NCBI RefSeq assembly: GCF_009914755.1
Contig: NC_060939.1
From: the human T2T-CHM13v2.0 reference genome, Homo sapiens
Length of the DNA: 64,000 bases
Strand: one strand, 5' to 3'
A program made the translations under genes and the position numbers. Below the pieces are notes generated by a model. The model did not search any database. It was not told where the DNA came from and saw only the letters and a list, made by a program, of their open reading frames with translations. This document shows positions 1 to 16,716 of this stretch, piece after piece. Each line of letters opens with the position of its first letter. Positions within the stretch are counted from its first letter, which is position 1.

Positions 1-140
<140 letters not shown>

Positions 141-1521
141 AAGAAAGAATAAAAGCAAATGTATATGAATGGGCTGAATTCTTCCTTTAAAAGATAGGCT
201 GTTAGATTGGGTTGAAAAAGTACAATTCTATAACAGTTACAAGACACTTAACATGATAAAAGGAGCTTAAGTAAAAGAACATAGAGGTAGCAAGTAAATG
301 CAGACAAAAAGAACACAGATATTGATATTGATATTAATATCAGATGAGGTGGAATTTAAGATTTTAGTTTATATGTAAATACAGTTTTATATAAAAAGCA
401 CACATTAGGTTATTGATTATATAGCTGTGGCTTTCTTGTGTTTCCCCCTTTTTGGACAACCCCCACAACATACATACACATCAGCACCTACCTCCATTCC
501 CTGACCTCTAGTAATTCCTGTTAAATTGTATGAGAACAGTTTACTTAGCCAGCAGTAAGGCGTCCCAGGTTGGAAGTCAGAAGTCCCCTATGGATCTTTA
601 TGTCATCCCTCCCTAAGCTGCTTGCTTTTGCAACTAAGGCCGCAAAACTGGCTATTCCTTTTAACAAGAACCTTAGAAGCTTCCACTTTCTAGTGAAACT
701 TAGGGGATAGATTATTCCCTCTGCCTTGGGTTATTTGCTTACCTACAGCCGCATGAGGTCATTAAGGCTTGTGTTTGTTTGAGGTCTCTTTGAAAGTACA
801 TAGATGCACTGTTGGAAATTTGTGCCTGGTGACTGCCGTGTTTGAAATTCTGCCCAAGAAGTCTATCAGCATAGTTCTGTGGACCAGAAAGAGCATCCTG
901 GTAGAAGGTCAAGTAAATCATGGTCCTTATATTTTCTTAGTATTACTGTGTTATCATGGAGCTAACTTGAAAAGTAACTGACACACACACTCTTGCTGCC
1001 TCAAGCCTGCACACCTTAATCAAAATCAAGGAACCCCCTGAAGACTTCAATGGAACCACTTTTAGGTGCACGCCCCTGTGAGGACACGTCCATGCAAAAA
1101 GCCCAAAAAGCTTTACAGTAGTCACTTTAGAAGCACCTGACTTAGGAAATGTAGAGGTAGTGGCAGGCTCTCCATTTTGTAGGTGAGGAATTCATGCGGT
1201 CAACCAGTCCTCAGAGACCACTAACTAATTAGTGCTAACTAATCTCATCCAGAGTCTCTTACTTTTGTGTGACAAAAGGATGCTCAGGTTACTGAGAAGA
1301 AGAGTTAGACCTGGAGGAAGGGGATTCTCCCAGTCATGGCTGTAGGCGGTGGTGCCAAGGCTTGAATCTGAAAGCTAACACCATAATGATATCTCTGGTA
1401 CAGGGGATGGGGCATAGGAAAGGCCATGAGCTATTTTGTGTTTTAGCCATGTTTCAGGATTGAAAAGTAGGTGGAGGACCTGCTAGCTTCCTCAATTGGA
1501 TTTGGCCATTGAGTCGGTAGA

Positions 1522-1663
1522 CTCACTGCTGGGTGCACATTAGAATCACCTGAATAACATCCCTAGGGAGTCTGTTTCAGTTGGTCTGGGGAGGGGCCTG
1601 TATGCTGGTGTTTTTTCAAATTGCAGATAATTCTAATATGCACCTGAGAGTTGAGAACCACTG
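1522..1663. mobile_element. MER5A-like hAT-Charlie MITE
   Basis: tgcacattagaatcacctg ... gataattctaatatgca...gttgagaaccactg resembles the MER5A consensus. Confidence 0.7.
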
Positions 1664-2157
1664 GGAGAGGCCTAGCAAAGATGGGCTCAGGTCCTAGCCG
1701 TGGGTGTGATATGCTTTGGAGAAAGTGAGGTTAAGTTAGCTTAGAAGTCTAGGATTTGTAGTCCCAGCCCCTTTCGTGGAAGAAGGTTAAGGGAGAGGAG
1801 ACTAACCGCTGTTTAAGCAGAGGGAATAAGCTTGCTTTCTGAGGATCCCTGGACCTGATTCTTCACCCTCCATGCCCTGTGGGATCCTTGGGACAGAAAC
1901 AAAAGTTGGCAAGGGGCAGGAAAGATGAGATGTTTAGATAAAGAGAACAGTGTTTAAACACGCATAGCAAAACAAAAGTTTTGAGGGAGGGGGCAAACAG
2001 GAGCAAGATGCTGTACATTTGGTCACATGCTAGTTTTTTTTACCTTGATTTCTGCCTTTGGGGTAAAAAAGTTTGGTGGATACATAACATTCAGACCAAT
2101 TAAAAAGTCTGATTGCATGCATGGGAATCCATTTGTGGAAATGGATAAATACACATT

Positions 2158-2199
2158 CCCTCCACAGCCCTCACATCCCCTCCACAGCCCTCACATCCC
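2158..2199. repeat. 20-nt tandem duplication (CCCTCCACAGCCCTCACATC x2)
   Basis: Directly visible. Confidence 0.85.
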
Positions 2200-3772
2200 A
2201 GAATCTTACCTGCGGAGGAACTGAGGACCCCTGTCTATCTCAAGGCCCCGATTCCATGTCTCCTGGAGTGGCACAAGCACTATGTCAAGAAATCTCTTTT
2301 CCCTGTCCCTGCCCAATCAGAAGTGGGTTCCTGTCCAGTGTTTTTGGGTGTTCCCATGGGGTCTTGGCTGATGGAGGTGTGGACAGCAGGTCTAGCATAC
2401 TCCTCCCTTCTCAGTCGGTGGGAGCTGGCAGGCATGTCACCTCTGTCAGACCTCTGGGTAAGAAAGGGGCTCTGTTTTGGCCTATAGGTATAAGGTTTAT
2501 CATGCTCCTGGTCAACAGGTCTTGCCTTCCCCTGTGGGGGTGACAGTAGCTGTTCTTTACATTTATGCAGCAGTTTGTACTTAAAATGCTTTCTCCCATC
2601 ATGTCTTTTTATTCTCGGTGACCTTCATTGGGTAGGAACAGTATTATTTTTCTTGCTTTACAGTTGAGGAAACAGGCTCAGGAATGTTAGGTGCCTCATA
2701 TACAATCATACAGCTTTTAAGGCACGAACCAAGGGCTAGATTTTTAGGTTGCTTGACACCCAGACAAGACCCTGATCACAGTTCAGACGGGTCATTTGCG
2801 TTCACCGTGGTAGTAGAAGGAACTCTTTAAGGGGACCCCTGTCCCAGATTGGTCTGGCTGGGGCTTATAGATAGTGATATGCAGAGGCTCTGCCTCTTAG
2901 GCATCAGCTTCCTCTTCAGCCAGGTAGAGTATTGTCCACTTATTGTGCAGGTAAAAAGCAAGGAGCTCTTTAGAAATGGGGGAGTAATGTTCACAAATAT
3001 TTTTACATTTGAATAGAACTATATGACAGAACACAGTGGCTGCTAAGATGTCTTTATGGAGTATTTAATTTGATGGTGGAATGGGTCCATCTTCTCAGAA
3101 CTATGTAATTCACTTTGTCGTGAGATATTTCCACTATGTAAAGGTTATACAAAATACTTAATGTCCACGGCTATAAGAGACACTGGGCAAATCCATCCAT
3201 GGCTTCTGCCAGTGCCTCTGCTGTGGAAGATAATCCTCTGTCGGCTTCACTGAGCCACTGTTGGAGGTTAGTTCAGGAAAATGTTGCCCATGTTGGGGTT
3301 CCCCCTGTGAAATACAGGCGCAAATAGAAATGCAAGTATATTTTCGCTTATTGTAAACTTACATGACTTTAAAGAGGACCAAATACTGTTGTTGAATATA
3401 CTCTGAAAGCCTAATATAAGTAGGACTTTAGTTAATGAATTTCCTCCTCCACATGTTCTAGCCTTGCTTTGTCAGTGACATGAAAACAACCAAAATGCTC
3501 TTAACGGAAGATGCTGAAAGAAAAGCCTTTTTTTTTTTAAAAAAATGAAAGGCTACTAAATGATAGAAGGAAAAGCATTCTTAAACCCTATTTTTTAAAA
3601 AGCTAATCTGGTGCCCATAAAGTTTCTCTCTTACCTTCTGTTCATCATTAATGATAAAGTATTTTTTAGATTTCAGTTGCCAAGTTGAGAAGTTTGTTTA
3701 AAGAGTTATTTTTATTGGCACAAATAAAGAAGCACTTTTGTTTATCCACAAAATTCCTCTTTCTGTTTGTAG

Positions 3773-3861
3773 AGGTATGTAGAAAACCCCAACATCATGG
3801 CCTGCTACAATGAACTGCTCCAGCTGGAGTTTGGAGAGGTGCGATCACAACTGAAACTCAG
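3773..3861 (+). CDS. PDE8A: PDE8A exon 6 (89 nt), end of REC domain: [29 protein letters not shown]
   Basis: ttctgtttgtag| acceptor, AG|gtaatt donor; phase 0 to 2. Confidence 0.95.
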
Positions 3862-4779
3862 GTAATTCTACCACTTCTGGAAAGCCCTCCAGGCCATACA
3901 GGGCAGCATGGCAAGTGAGAACTTTGGTTGTGGGGAATACTTTTGAAATGGCCTCTTGCAGAAATGGGATTGGAGAGAATGGAGTGGCAACTCCCCTCGT
4001 ACAGACTTTCTGGAGTCTGCCTGGATGTCTAATAAGGGGTCATTTTAGTGATTAGAGACTCACATTTAAAGATGGAGCCCCCAAATAATAGTAAGTTTAA
4101 AAAGCAGAATACAAACTGCATATGCTGGATTATCTGTTTTGTTTTCTAAGGGGACAAAAACGGTTTTAATATACACCCCCCCAATCTATTAACATTAGTT
4201 ATCTCTGGTAGGTGACATTTTTTTCTTCTCTACAATAAGCATTTTATCTGCTCTTGATAAACAGGGTTTTTTGGTTTTTTTTTTTTAAGTGAAATGAGTA
4301 GAGGCCTCATTCTTTGTAGAGTAAGAAAAGCAGAAAAATTAATATAATTTTATCAGCTTGACAAAAGAAAAATAAAGTCAGCAGCTTCCTATCATTTTAG
4401 GTTTCTTCCTTGGGTGTTCAACTATTCTTTAACATTTCCTTTACTAGGGATCAAAGAGAGAATTGGATCATTTCATTTGTATGTGCCCAAGACAGTCAAA
4501 GGGGATCGGAATGAGAGTACCAAGATTAATAAGGACCAGTACAGGGTTCCACGTGTAGGGAAGATAGGTACTTTATAGACAAAATGAAATGAATGATTAG
4601 CGGGCAGAGTGTGAGTTAGCAGAGAAGTGCTGCTGAGCAGAGGTGTTTGAAGGCTGGTGTGGTATACAAAAGAGATTTTTACGCTGCTAGATTTTGCAAG
4701 GAAACTTAAGGTAGATGGTTGCCCTTGGGCCTGCTTTTTTCCCACTCCTGGGTCATCTCAGCCTGGCTGCAGCACTCCC

Positions 4780-5460
4780 ACAGTGAATTAGGCTACTACC
4801 CTCTCTCAGAGGAGAGTAGAATTTTGGAGCAGTAGGTGATGTTGGAGCTTATTTTATCCAATCAAGAATCAGAAACTGAGACCCAAGGAAGTTAACTGAC
4901 TTACACCCAAGATCTTGTAAGCAGCAAATGGCAAAAATAGTCCTTTAAACTGAAATCTGCATTTTCGAAACTGCATTCATTCTTTCTTCCATCTCTAAAT
5001 CTGACTGTAACCTCAAACCTTTTCCTCCTGTGTACCTTAGCTGTCATCTACCTTGTGGTCCTAAACTAAAACCCCTGTCTCTTCTACATACGTCCCTAAA
5101 TCCAGTCACTGACCAAGTCCAATTGATCTTACTAATTTTTGGAATCTGTCCACTTAATCTTCATCTCTACTGCTACTCTTAGTCTAGGTCCCTCTCTTTT
5201 TACCTGGATTATTGAAACCACCAGTTAGTCTCCCTATGTCTAGTCTTGACTCCTTCTTCATTCTCCACACAGACGTAACACAATTCCATTTGTGTTCCTG
5301 TTCTATGACACCCCAGATAGGCACCCACTGCGTTCAAGATGAAGTCCAAACTCCAAAATGTAGCCTACAAGGGTCTCCATGGTCTGTACACTGCTTACCT
5401 CTCTGTCCTCATCTCCCATCATGCCCTGCTTTGTTCTCTGTGCTCCAGCTGGCAGCCAAA
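4780..5460. mobile_element. MIR and L2 relics
   Basis: agaaactgagacccaaggaagttaactgactt (MIR-like); aagtccaaactcc...tagcctacaagg (L2-like). Boundaries approximate. Confidence 0.5.
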
Positions 5461-5635
5461 TTATGATGTCCATTATACAGGGAGATATAAAAATATAAAG
5501 GGAAAGGAAATGTGAGGCTAGAGAATTGGGAGAAATAGAGTCTTGTTCTGTCAGATACTAAAATGCACTAAAAAGCTGTAACAAGCAGGGGTGTTACTGC
5601 TAGATTGGTAAACTAGAATATAAAAACCAGAAACA

Positions 5636-5908
5636 GGCCGGGCACGGTGGCTCATGCCTGTAATCCCACCACTTTGGGAGACTGAGGCGGGCGGATCACA
5701 AGGTCAGGAGTTCGAGACAAGCCTGGCCAACATGGCGAAACGCTGTCTCTACTAAAAATACTAAAATTAGCCGGGCATGGTGGTGAGCACCTGTAATCCC
5801 AGCTACTCAGGAGGCTGAGACAGGAGAGGTTGCAGTGAGCTGAGATCGTGCCATTGCACTCCAGCCTGGGCAACAAGAGCAAGACTCTGTCTCAAAAAAA
5901 AAAAAAAA
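5636..5908 (+). mobile_element. AluS with a small right-arm deletion
   Basis: ggccgggcacggtggctc...poly(A). Confidence 0.92.
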
Positions 5909-5934
5909 CAGACTTGGATATATTTAAGAATTTA

Positions 5935-6258
<324 letters not shown>

Positions 6259-6259
6259 T

Positions 6260-7249
<990 letters not shown>

Positions 7250-7417
7250 CATGTTTTTTGCTTTTTTTTTTTTTTAATAACAACTTTATTGAGCTATAAA
7301 TTTACATATTATCTCCTGGGTTTTTTTACATGCTAAAAATGAGCTAATTTTTATTGGCTAAGCTATTGTCTTTAGTGAGACAGTTTAGTAATACCAGCAA
7401 TAATGTAAAGGCATTGT

Positions 7418-7717
7418 TTTTTTTATTTACTTATTTAGAGACAGGGTCTCACTCTGTTGCCTGGGCTGGAGTGCAGTTGTGTGATCACTGCTCACTGCAT
7501 CCTTGACCTCTTGGGCTCAAGCAGTCCTCCCACCTCAGCTTCTCAAGTAGCTAGGACTACAGATGTATACCACCAGGCCAGCTAATTTTTTATTTTTTGT
7601 AGAGACAGGGTTTTGCCATGTTGCCCAGCTGGTCTTGAACACCTGGACTCAAGCGATCTGCCTACTTCTGCCTCCCAGAGTGCTGGCATTACAGGTGTGA
7701 TCCACCGTGCCTGGCCA
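7418..7717 (-). mobile_element. AluJ (antisense)
   Basis: agacagggtctcactctg...ggctcaagcagtcctcc, an AluJ-type pattern. Confidence 0.88.
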
Positions 7718-8169
7718 GCATTGTTATTTTTAGAGTTTACTTAGTAGTATCTCTGCACTTTATAAGCAGGCAGTTTTCTTTTTTTTCATCTTCTGAGGCC
7801 AGAGAATCTTAAAATCATTCTTTGGGAGATTACTTATACAAGGAAAAAACCTGGAAGCAACCTAAATGTCTAGTGATAGGGGATTTATTGAATAAATCAT
7901 AATATAATCTTAGAATATTATATAGTTATTTAAAGTGATGATAAAGAATGAAAATTATTGATATGGAAAGATTAATGTATAGTGTGCCAGTGAGAAAAGC
8001 AGATTATAAAACTGTAGAGTATGATCTTGTTTTTGTATGCATATTACATATGCATTTGTACAAGTTAATGCCTAGAACATTTTTCAATGCTTATTGAAAA
8101 TAATTAGATTTTTTTCTATAAAATAGAATGTTGAGACGTCTGGGTATTGGGATTTCAGGTTATTTGATC

Positions 8170-8950
<781 letters not shown>

Positions 8951-9554
8951 TTTGTTAATGTTTATTTTCTAATTTTTTTCAATAAACATTGTCACTTGTA
9001 TAATTTTAAAAATGTTTTCAAACACGAAGGATGTGAGAAAATGCTCACAGAAGAAGGCTAAGTGAAGAAAGCAGGAAGCAAAGCTAGTCTTTCCAGATGC
9101 CCTCAATTTTGTGAAAATAATTTGTTTAAAATAATAGGTAGAAATGATTGCCTTCTCTTTGCCAGGCTCTGTGCAGTATTCTTGACTCTATTCTCTTATT
9201 TAGTCTTCATGAAGACTCTAAGGTGGTGAAAGGGAAGGCTTGATGGGGTTCAGTCACTTGCCCAGGGTCCCACAGCTGCTGAAGAGCTGTGATTTGACCG
9301 TGGTATGTGGCCACCCTGGCTCACTGGCCCAATGTGTCTTTCCTTCATATTGGAAGGAAAGATACCACAGTGTGTACATAGTGGTGATTCCAGTGGAGGG
9401 GCTTGCAGGGGGGTGTTTATTTCTTTTTATGTTTTAAAATATTTTCTCCCTTCCTTATAAATCGGACAAAAAATACATTTAAATAATGTAATAACCCAAG
9501 ATTTTATTTTGTAGTATTTACATTAATCATTCCTTTTTTTGTTTACTCATAAAG

Positions 9555-9633
9555 GGCTTGTAACTCAGTATTCACTGCATTAGAAAACAGTGAAGATGCA
9601 ATTGAAATTACAAGCGAAGACCGTTTTATACAG
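9555..9633 (+). CDS. PDE8A: PDE8A exon 7 (79 nt), start of PAS: (R)ACNSVFTALENSEDAIEITSEDRFIQ
   Basis: ttactcataaag| acceptor, CAG|gtttgt donor; phase matches exon 6. Confidence 0.93.
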
Positions 9634-10369
9634 GTTTGTTATTTTGGAAATCTGTCTTTCTGGATTTCTTGTTTTGCTTTTTCCAACTTTTAGGATTGAA
9701 CCTCTCCAATATGATTTTTTTTTTTCTTTTTGAAGTTTAGGAGACCAGTTTTTCCTTCGAGGATTATCAGAACAAAATCAAATATGTAATTTAAAATAAG
9801 CTCTCTATAGATTAGAAAACATACTAATAATTAAGGTGCTAGAAAATGCCTGTAGAAATGCCACATTTGCATTCATTATTTCCACTAGTTTGTTTATTTA
9901 ACAAGGAGAGACTCACTGAAAAGGATGATTGCTGGGGGCTTGGGGGTAGTGCTGTTGTACGAAGGGGAATGCCCTGACCATAGGTCTGCAAGTACAAGTC
10001 TTTCACCTTTCTCACTGTTTTTGAAGATAATTTGCACTTACAGAAATATACTAGAAACAACTAAAAGTTTCAGAAATAACATACCTAGTAAGTGCTGAAT
10101 AAATTACACATTATTAGCAAAGTGGGTTTATATGAGTGACTTAAGGCAACATAGCTTAATGTTTTCAGATAACAGCAAAAAAGGGAGTTGCACCAGAAAA
10201 AGACATTCATTTTGTCTGAGAATTAGCTCCACTTTGGAGCTCTCCAGTCTTTCTTACTTCTGGGCTCTCCAGTCTTTCACTTTAATATGACTTGTGACTT
10301 CCTTGTTGAAGAGGTGATGGTGTTGACTTTGAGTTGGTGCCCTGAGAGGCAGCGTGGGCCAGTGTTTGA

Positions 10370-10580
10370 GGGCACAGGCTTTGGTGTCAGACGGGCCTGG
10401 GCTCCATCCTGCTTCAGCTGAACAACTTTGGGCAAGTTGTTTAATCCAGCTGAATCTGCTTTCTCATCTGTGGAAATGGAAATAATATTAGTAAGAACAA
10501 CAGCCTGCCTTTTGTAAGGATGTCATGAGGACTAAATGAATTAATGTATGTGAAGTGTTTACTATAGTGCCCAGTGAGGA
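10370..10580 (+). mobile_element. MIR
   Basis: ctttgggcaagttgtttaat...ctcatctgtggaaatgg...gaggactaaatga core. Confidence 0.7.
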
Positions 10581-11260
10581 AAATGGACCCTGACAGATAG
10601 TATCAATTATTGTTTTATCATCATCATCATTAGCACGTGCACAGTTTTCCCATGTATTTTCTGCTTATCTTACAGTCATATCTGAAACTTAACCATAAAG
10701 CCTTACATTTGTAATTACTTCTTAGTTCATAGCCTGCTTTCCATACACATCATTTATTCGAACCATATGAAAGAGACAAGAGAACTGTTTCATTCCCATA
10801 TCCGGATAAGAGTCTCAGAGGGATTAAGTGGCTTGCTGAGGTCAATGTGTGGAGGGGGAGGACAGCCTGAGTGTTTTGCACTCTACCTGGTGCTTTATTC
10901 CATCATCCCCCCACCCCCACCCCCATCTAAACAGCCCTGTTGTAGCAGCTCCTGGTTTGGCGCTGTGCACATCCCTTCCTCTGCCCCTGTTGAAGTGGGA
11001 GTGGGCCTGCTGCCCTCCTGGAGCCTCAGGAGAACATAGCAGAAAGCCCAGCCGGGTATCACCCAAGCAGAAGCTCGTCTGGGCTCCAGAATTCTTCGTG
11101 GGTTATGTGCTTATGGCTTCACAACTGCCACGGTGAGGTCCAGGCTCCTGAGCTTTTTCTGGGGAAAAACCTGAAGGGCTTAGGTCGAAGACCTTTGATT
11201 GTCCTCTTTTTCAAAATGACTTTTAATTCACTTTATGTTTTTTCTTTTGTCTCCCTTCAG

Positions 11261-11398
11261 TATGCAAATCCTGCATTTGAAACAACAATGGGCTATCAGT
11301 CAGGTGAATTAATAGGGAAGGAGTTAGGAGAAGTGCCTATAAATGAAAAAAAGGCTGACTTGCTCGATACTATAAATTCATGCATCAGGATAGGCAAG
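11261..11398 (+). CDS. PDE8A: PDE8A exon 8 (138 nt), PAS core: [21 protein letters not shown]...SCIRIGK
   Basis: Long pyrimidine tract ending cag|, AAG|gtaagt donor; PAS-type YANPAFE motif; lies within ORF 11105..11467. Confidence 0.96.
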
Positions 11399-12110
11399 GT
11401 AAGTAAGAGGTCAGTGCCTTTTTTAACTTTCACAACACAGAGAGAAGGAAGACTTAGTGTTCATTGAGTACTACCAGGTAATCTTAATCTTACTCCTCCC
11501 AGCAGCCCAGGGAAGTATAGGGAATGTTATCCCTGTTATATCCATTTTGCAGGTGAGGAAACTGGGGCCAAGAAAATATATAATATGATTAGCCAATAAG
11601 CAAAGTAACTTGAATTGACACTTAACAATCATTGTTTTTATCTTTGTAGTAAGTTAATAACTTGATATTTCTAATAATTGGTCTTCTTAGTTGTAGATGT
11701 TGGCAAATGGTTCTGGGTAAAGAATTGCCAGTAAGGCAACACATTCTCAGAAAACATCTGAGCCCAAGATTTCTCCAAGCCTCGTTAATTCATTGAGCAT
11801 TTTAAAAATGCCTTCTGTTAGCCAGACACTGTGCTAGATTCTGGTATGGAAAGAAGAGCAAAACAAAAATTCCTGCCTTAGAGAGCTCATATTCAGGGGT
11901 TGGAAACAGACAAATAAAAGTAACTATTATTCAATAATGTAAGAAGTCACATAATCATGGTGCTGAAGGAACAGGCAGAAGAAAGGCAGGCTCAGTCTGA
12001 AAGGTTATTTCTGTGAACCACAGCCTCTGATAGTGCCTCACTGTGACAGATTTTAAAATATGATGAGAAGGAAAAGGCTACTGCTTTTCACAATCATTCA
12101 TGGTCCTTTC

Positions 12111-12141
<31 letters not shown>

Positions 12142-13142
12142 TTGCTTTTGGAAGTTGGGTAGAGACTATTAATCTGATTATTTCAAACATTTGAAAAATT
12201 GGTGACTTGTGCAGCCTGCTCTGTGGAGGCACTGATGGAAGTGATACTGTCTCCCCTATGGCATTTGGCTAGTTCCTATCTTGTAGCACAAAACAGCAGC
12301 TTACCACAGGGGCAGGGTGCTGTGCAAAGCTTATACTCCGCTCATCTTGGACCCCATGAAGACACCATGAATGGGCCTGTTTTTCTTGCCTTTCCTATGC
12401 CTCTGAGCACACAACATTGCCTTGAAGTGAGAACAAGGAAATAATAGGCCAGCTGCAGGGGCCCAGTGAAGCCCTGCCAGGGGAATGACAAAAGTAGGCA
12501 CTGCTCTATTTTGCCTTCAACTTTTCTGTCAAGGATTTTTTTTGTTGTTTTTTTTTTTTGTTTTGTTTCGTTTTTTTACTAGAGGGAGTGGAAGGTCCTC
12601 TAGAAAGAGAGGTATGAAGGCTGAGATGGATGAAGAGACCCTCAGGTGCTCAGGTGCACCATGTAGGTGAGGGCAAGTATTCCTTTCCATGGTTGAGAAG
12701 AGCATACTCAGAAGGAGGCCACAGAGCAGCAGTCATCCGAGACCACAGCAGCCATGGTGGGGGTGTTACCATGACCACCTCAATCCTGGCATTTAGGTTC
12801 CTTGCTGCTACTGGATGAGCCAGTGGTTTTGTTGTGAGGTTCAACTGGGTATGAACCAGGATGGGCCTTGTACACCTTGACGTGGCAGAACTTCCACTGA
12901 GGCATTCCATGTCCCTCTCACTGAGGAGGCAAGTAGAGGTAAGGAAGGGATGTGCTATAAGTGCTGGGCTCCATCCAGTTCTGTGTGAACTGTGTCTCAC
13001 CTTTGCTGGGGTTGTGCTCTTGGGCACCAGGTAACAAAAGCCCTCAAACTTGAATAGCAAGAGACCTGCTCTCTAAAATTATACTTATTGTGAGCAAAGA
13101 ATAGGAAACATCATCAAATTATTGACCCCTATACTGCTTTCC

Positions 13143-13424
13143 TTTTTTTTTTTTTTTCTTGAGACAGGGTCTCATTCTGTCACCCAAGCCGGAATGCAGA
13201 GGTGCAACAGCCTTGACCTCCTGGGCTCAGGCAGTCCTCCCACCTCAGCCTCCTGAGTTGCTGGGACCACGGGCACATGCCGTCATGCCTAATTTTTTAA
13301 TTATTTGTAGAGACGGGTTCTCTGTATGTTGTCCAGGTTGGTCTCGAACTCCTGGGCTCAAGCAGTCCGATAATCGGCCACCCAAAGTTTTGGGATTACA
13401 GGTGTGAGCCACTGCAGCTGGCCT
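13143..13424 (-). mobile_element. AluJ (antisense), TSD tactgcttt
   Basis: Alu consensus with flanking repeats. Confidence 0.88.
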
Positions 13425-14081
13425 GTACTGCTTTATTTCTAAAAAGAGCCTGGGTATTTGTTTCGTTTTTCACAGTTTTTGGGGAGCATGGAAAAGCAAC
13501 CTTTGTCCTTTGTCAGGAACCTGCTGGTCTATGGGCAACATGGCAGCAGGGCAGGCCGCTGAGCTGGCCTGTGTTTTGAGGTGAAAGAATCCATAATTCC
13601 ATCTCCGGGGAACAGGGCTTGTTGAGGGGTCAGCAGGCCTTATGGAACAGTGGCACTGTGATCAGGAAGGGGAATTCAGGCATCTGCTGGAGACCAGCAT
13701 TGCAGAATGGAGACTTAGGAAATGGCCAGATGGCTAGGAGTTGGGACCTTGGAGTGTCAGATGCTAGGTGTTGGATATTGAAGTTTGACCTTCTTGGGGC
13801 AGAAGAGAAATTTTGCTGATGTTCAAGCAGGGAATATTATAAACATTTTCCATCTCCACAAACCCTGCTGCCCATTGTTGTCAGTGGCTCCTCTTTTGGG
13901 TAAAAATAACAGGTATGTTGATTTCCAGCCCCCGCACTTAGGCTTCTTTGCATCCTATATGTATATCCACCTGACTCTTCTCTTTTTTCTTCTTCCCCAA
14001 GACTTGTCTATCAGGGCTTTAGAACCCATAGTCTCCCATCTTCTCAGATACCTAAACTTTATATTGTCAATTCTCTTTTAG

Positions 14082-14386
<305 letters not shown>

Positions 14387-15498
14387 TCTTTTAAAAATCT
14401 TGATTTTTTTTTTCCCTCCCTTAGAAACTGTGTGTTCTTCTTTTGTCATTTAATGGGTACCAAGTAAATGGTGGCTACTTAGATGCCTAAGATGATGATG
14501 TGCAGCTGCAGAAATCTTCAGCATTTCAAAACTTTTACCTTCATTAGCTCCTGTGCCTTTGCTTTCCTCTCACTGTCTCCCCTTTTCCTACTCTTCTTCC
14601 ATTTCCTCCCAGATTTACCAGAACTCTGGCCTTTGCCCCCTACTGTTGTCCCTCAGAATGTTCCTTTGTTGTTGAAGTATCTTTTCTGCTCTGTGTAGAA
14701 ATCTCACACTTCTCTGGTTTTAGTGTCAGCCTCTTTTCCAAGGTCTGGTTCAGCATCCTACTATCATCTTAATTGTCTAGTAATGGTTTTCTCTCATCTC
14801 CCAAAAACCCAATCTCTCTTCCAAATCCTGCTGTCTCTGCTCATGGACCTACCTCACAGTTGCTTTGACTTAGATTCCTGAAATGGTTTTGATCCCTTCC
14901 TCCCCGTTGGTCCCCTCCATCAAATCCACAAGCATTGATGGCTGTTAAACCCCTGTTTTGAGGGTCCATTGCCTGGGCCTGACCTTGCTCAGGGCCTTCT
15001 TCCCACACTCTGGAGTTACAGTGTGTAACTCTGTCTCCTTGTCCGGAATCCTCCATCTCCACTCGGTCCACCATACACTACTGCCTGATTAGTGTTACTG
15101 AGTCATCATTTTGTCATGTTGCTTCCTCAGCATAGAGCTCATAGTCCTCAGCTTGGCTGCCAGGATTCTATAGTTGAACCTCAGCCTACCTTTCCCATTC
15201 AGTAACAAAAGCCCCAAGTGTTCTTTGACAGTTTATCATGTGCACACACTGTGCCCACCCTGGGGATAGGATGGCTGGATGATGATGATTTAATTCTCAA
15301 GACAGCGGGTGCCAAGAGGGACTGCATCAATAGCTTGGTGCATAGCTTGTAGCAGACAGAAGGGAGGTAATAGTCTTACTCCTGTTCTGAGGGGAGCTTG
15401 GCCTGGAGAAGGAGGCCTATGCAAACCACCTGCACCCAAACCAGCTCATTTACTGAATGTTTACTGTTATGTCAGGACTTTGCTAAGAGTTTATGTGA

Positions 15499-15868
<370 letters not shown>

Positions 15869-16083
15869 GAACTAAATCTTATATGATATTTATGTAAGTA
15901 AATATTTTTTGTTTCCACTGGTGACTGGAAAACTTATTGACTCTGTTACCCTAGCCAAGCCATTGCCTAAATTGTCCTGCTCCTTTAGATGGACTGTGGA
16001 ACTTTGCCTGGAATGGCCTGTTAGCCTTGACTTGGGATCGCTCAGTCACCCAAGTCTATTCAGAAAGGACAAGAAGATCCTGA

Positions 16084-16400
16084 ATATATATATATATATT
16101 TTTTTTTTATATATATATTTTTTGTTTTTGTTTTTGTTTTTTGAGACGGAGTCTCGCTCTGTCACCAGGCTGCTCACTGCAACCTCTGCCTCCTAGGTTC
16201 AAGCGATTCTCCTGCCTCAGCCTCCCGAGTAGCTGGGACTACAGGCACATGCCACTACACCCAGCTAATTTTTTGTATTTTTAGTAGAGACAGGGTTTCA
16301 CCACGTTGGCCAGGGTGGTCTCAATCTCTTGACCTCGTGATCCACTCGCCTCAGCCTCCCAAAGTGCTGGGATCACAGGCGTGAGCCACTGTGCCTGGCC
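16084..16400 (-). mobile_element. AluS (antisense) with (TA)n/T-rich tail
   Basis: Alu consensus; cctgaatatat flanks. Confidence 0.9.
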
Positions 16401-16482
16401 TGAATATATTTTTTTAAATGCTGACTGATTGAATTGGTCCCTGTAATTTTTTTCTCTCTCTTTTTTTAATGTAACAGTTTTA

Positions 16483-16716
<234 letters not shown>

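Noticed and set aside
430-1130. Repeat-poor stretch with three overlapping short ORFs
   Set aside because: No recognisable protein, RNA gene or supported exon; it cannot be called from sequence alone.
10239-10278. Short direct repeat gctctccagtctttc x2; similar small duplications at 2158, 41886 and about 59840-59930
   Set aside because: Only two copies each and no spacer periodicity. These are ordinary slippage duplications, not CRISPR-like arrays.
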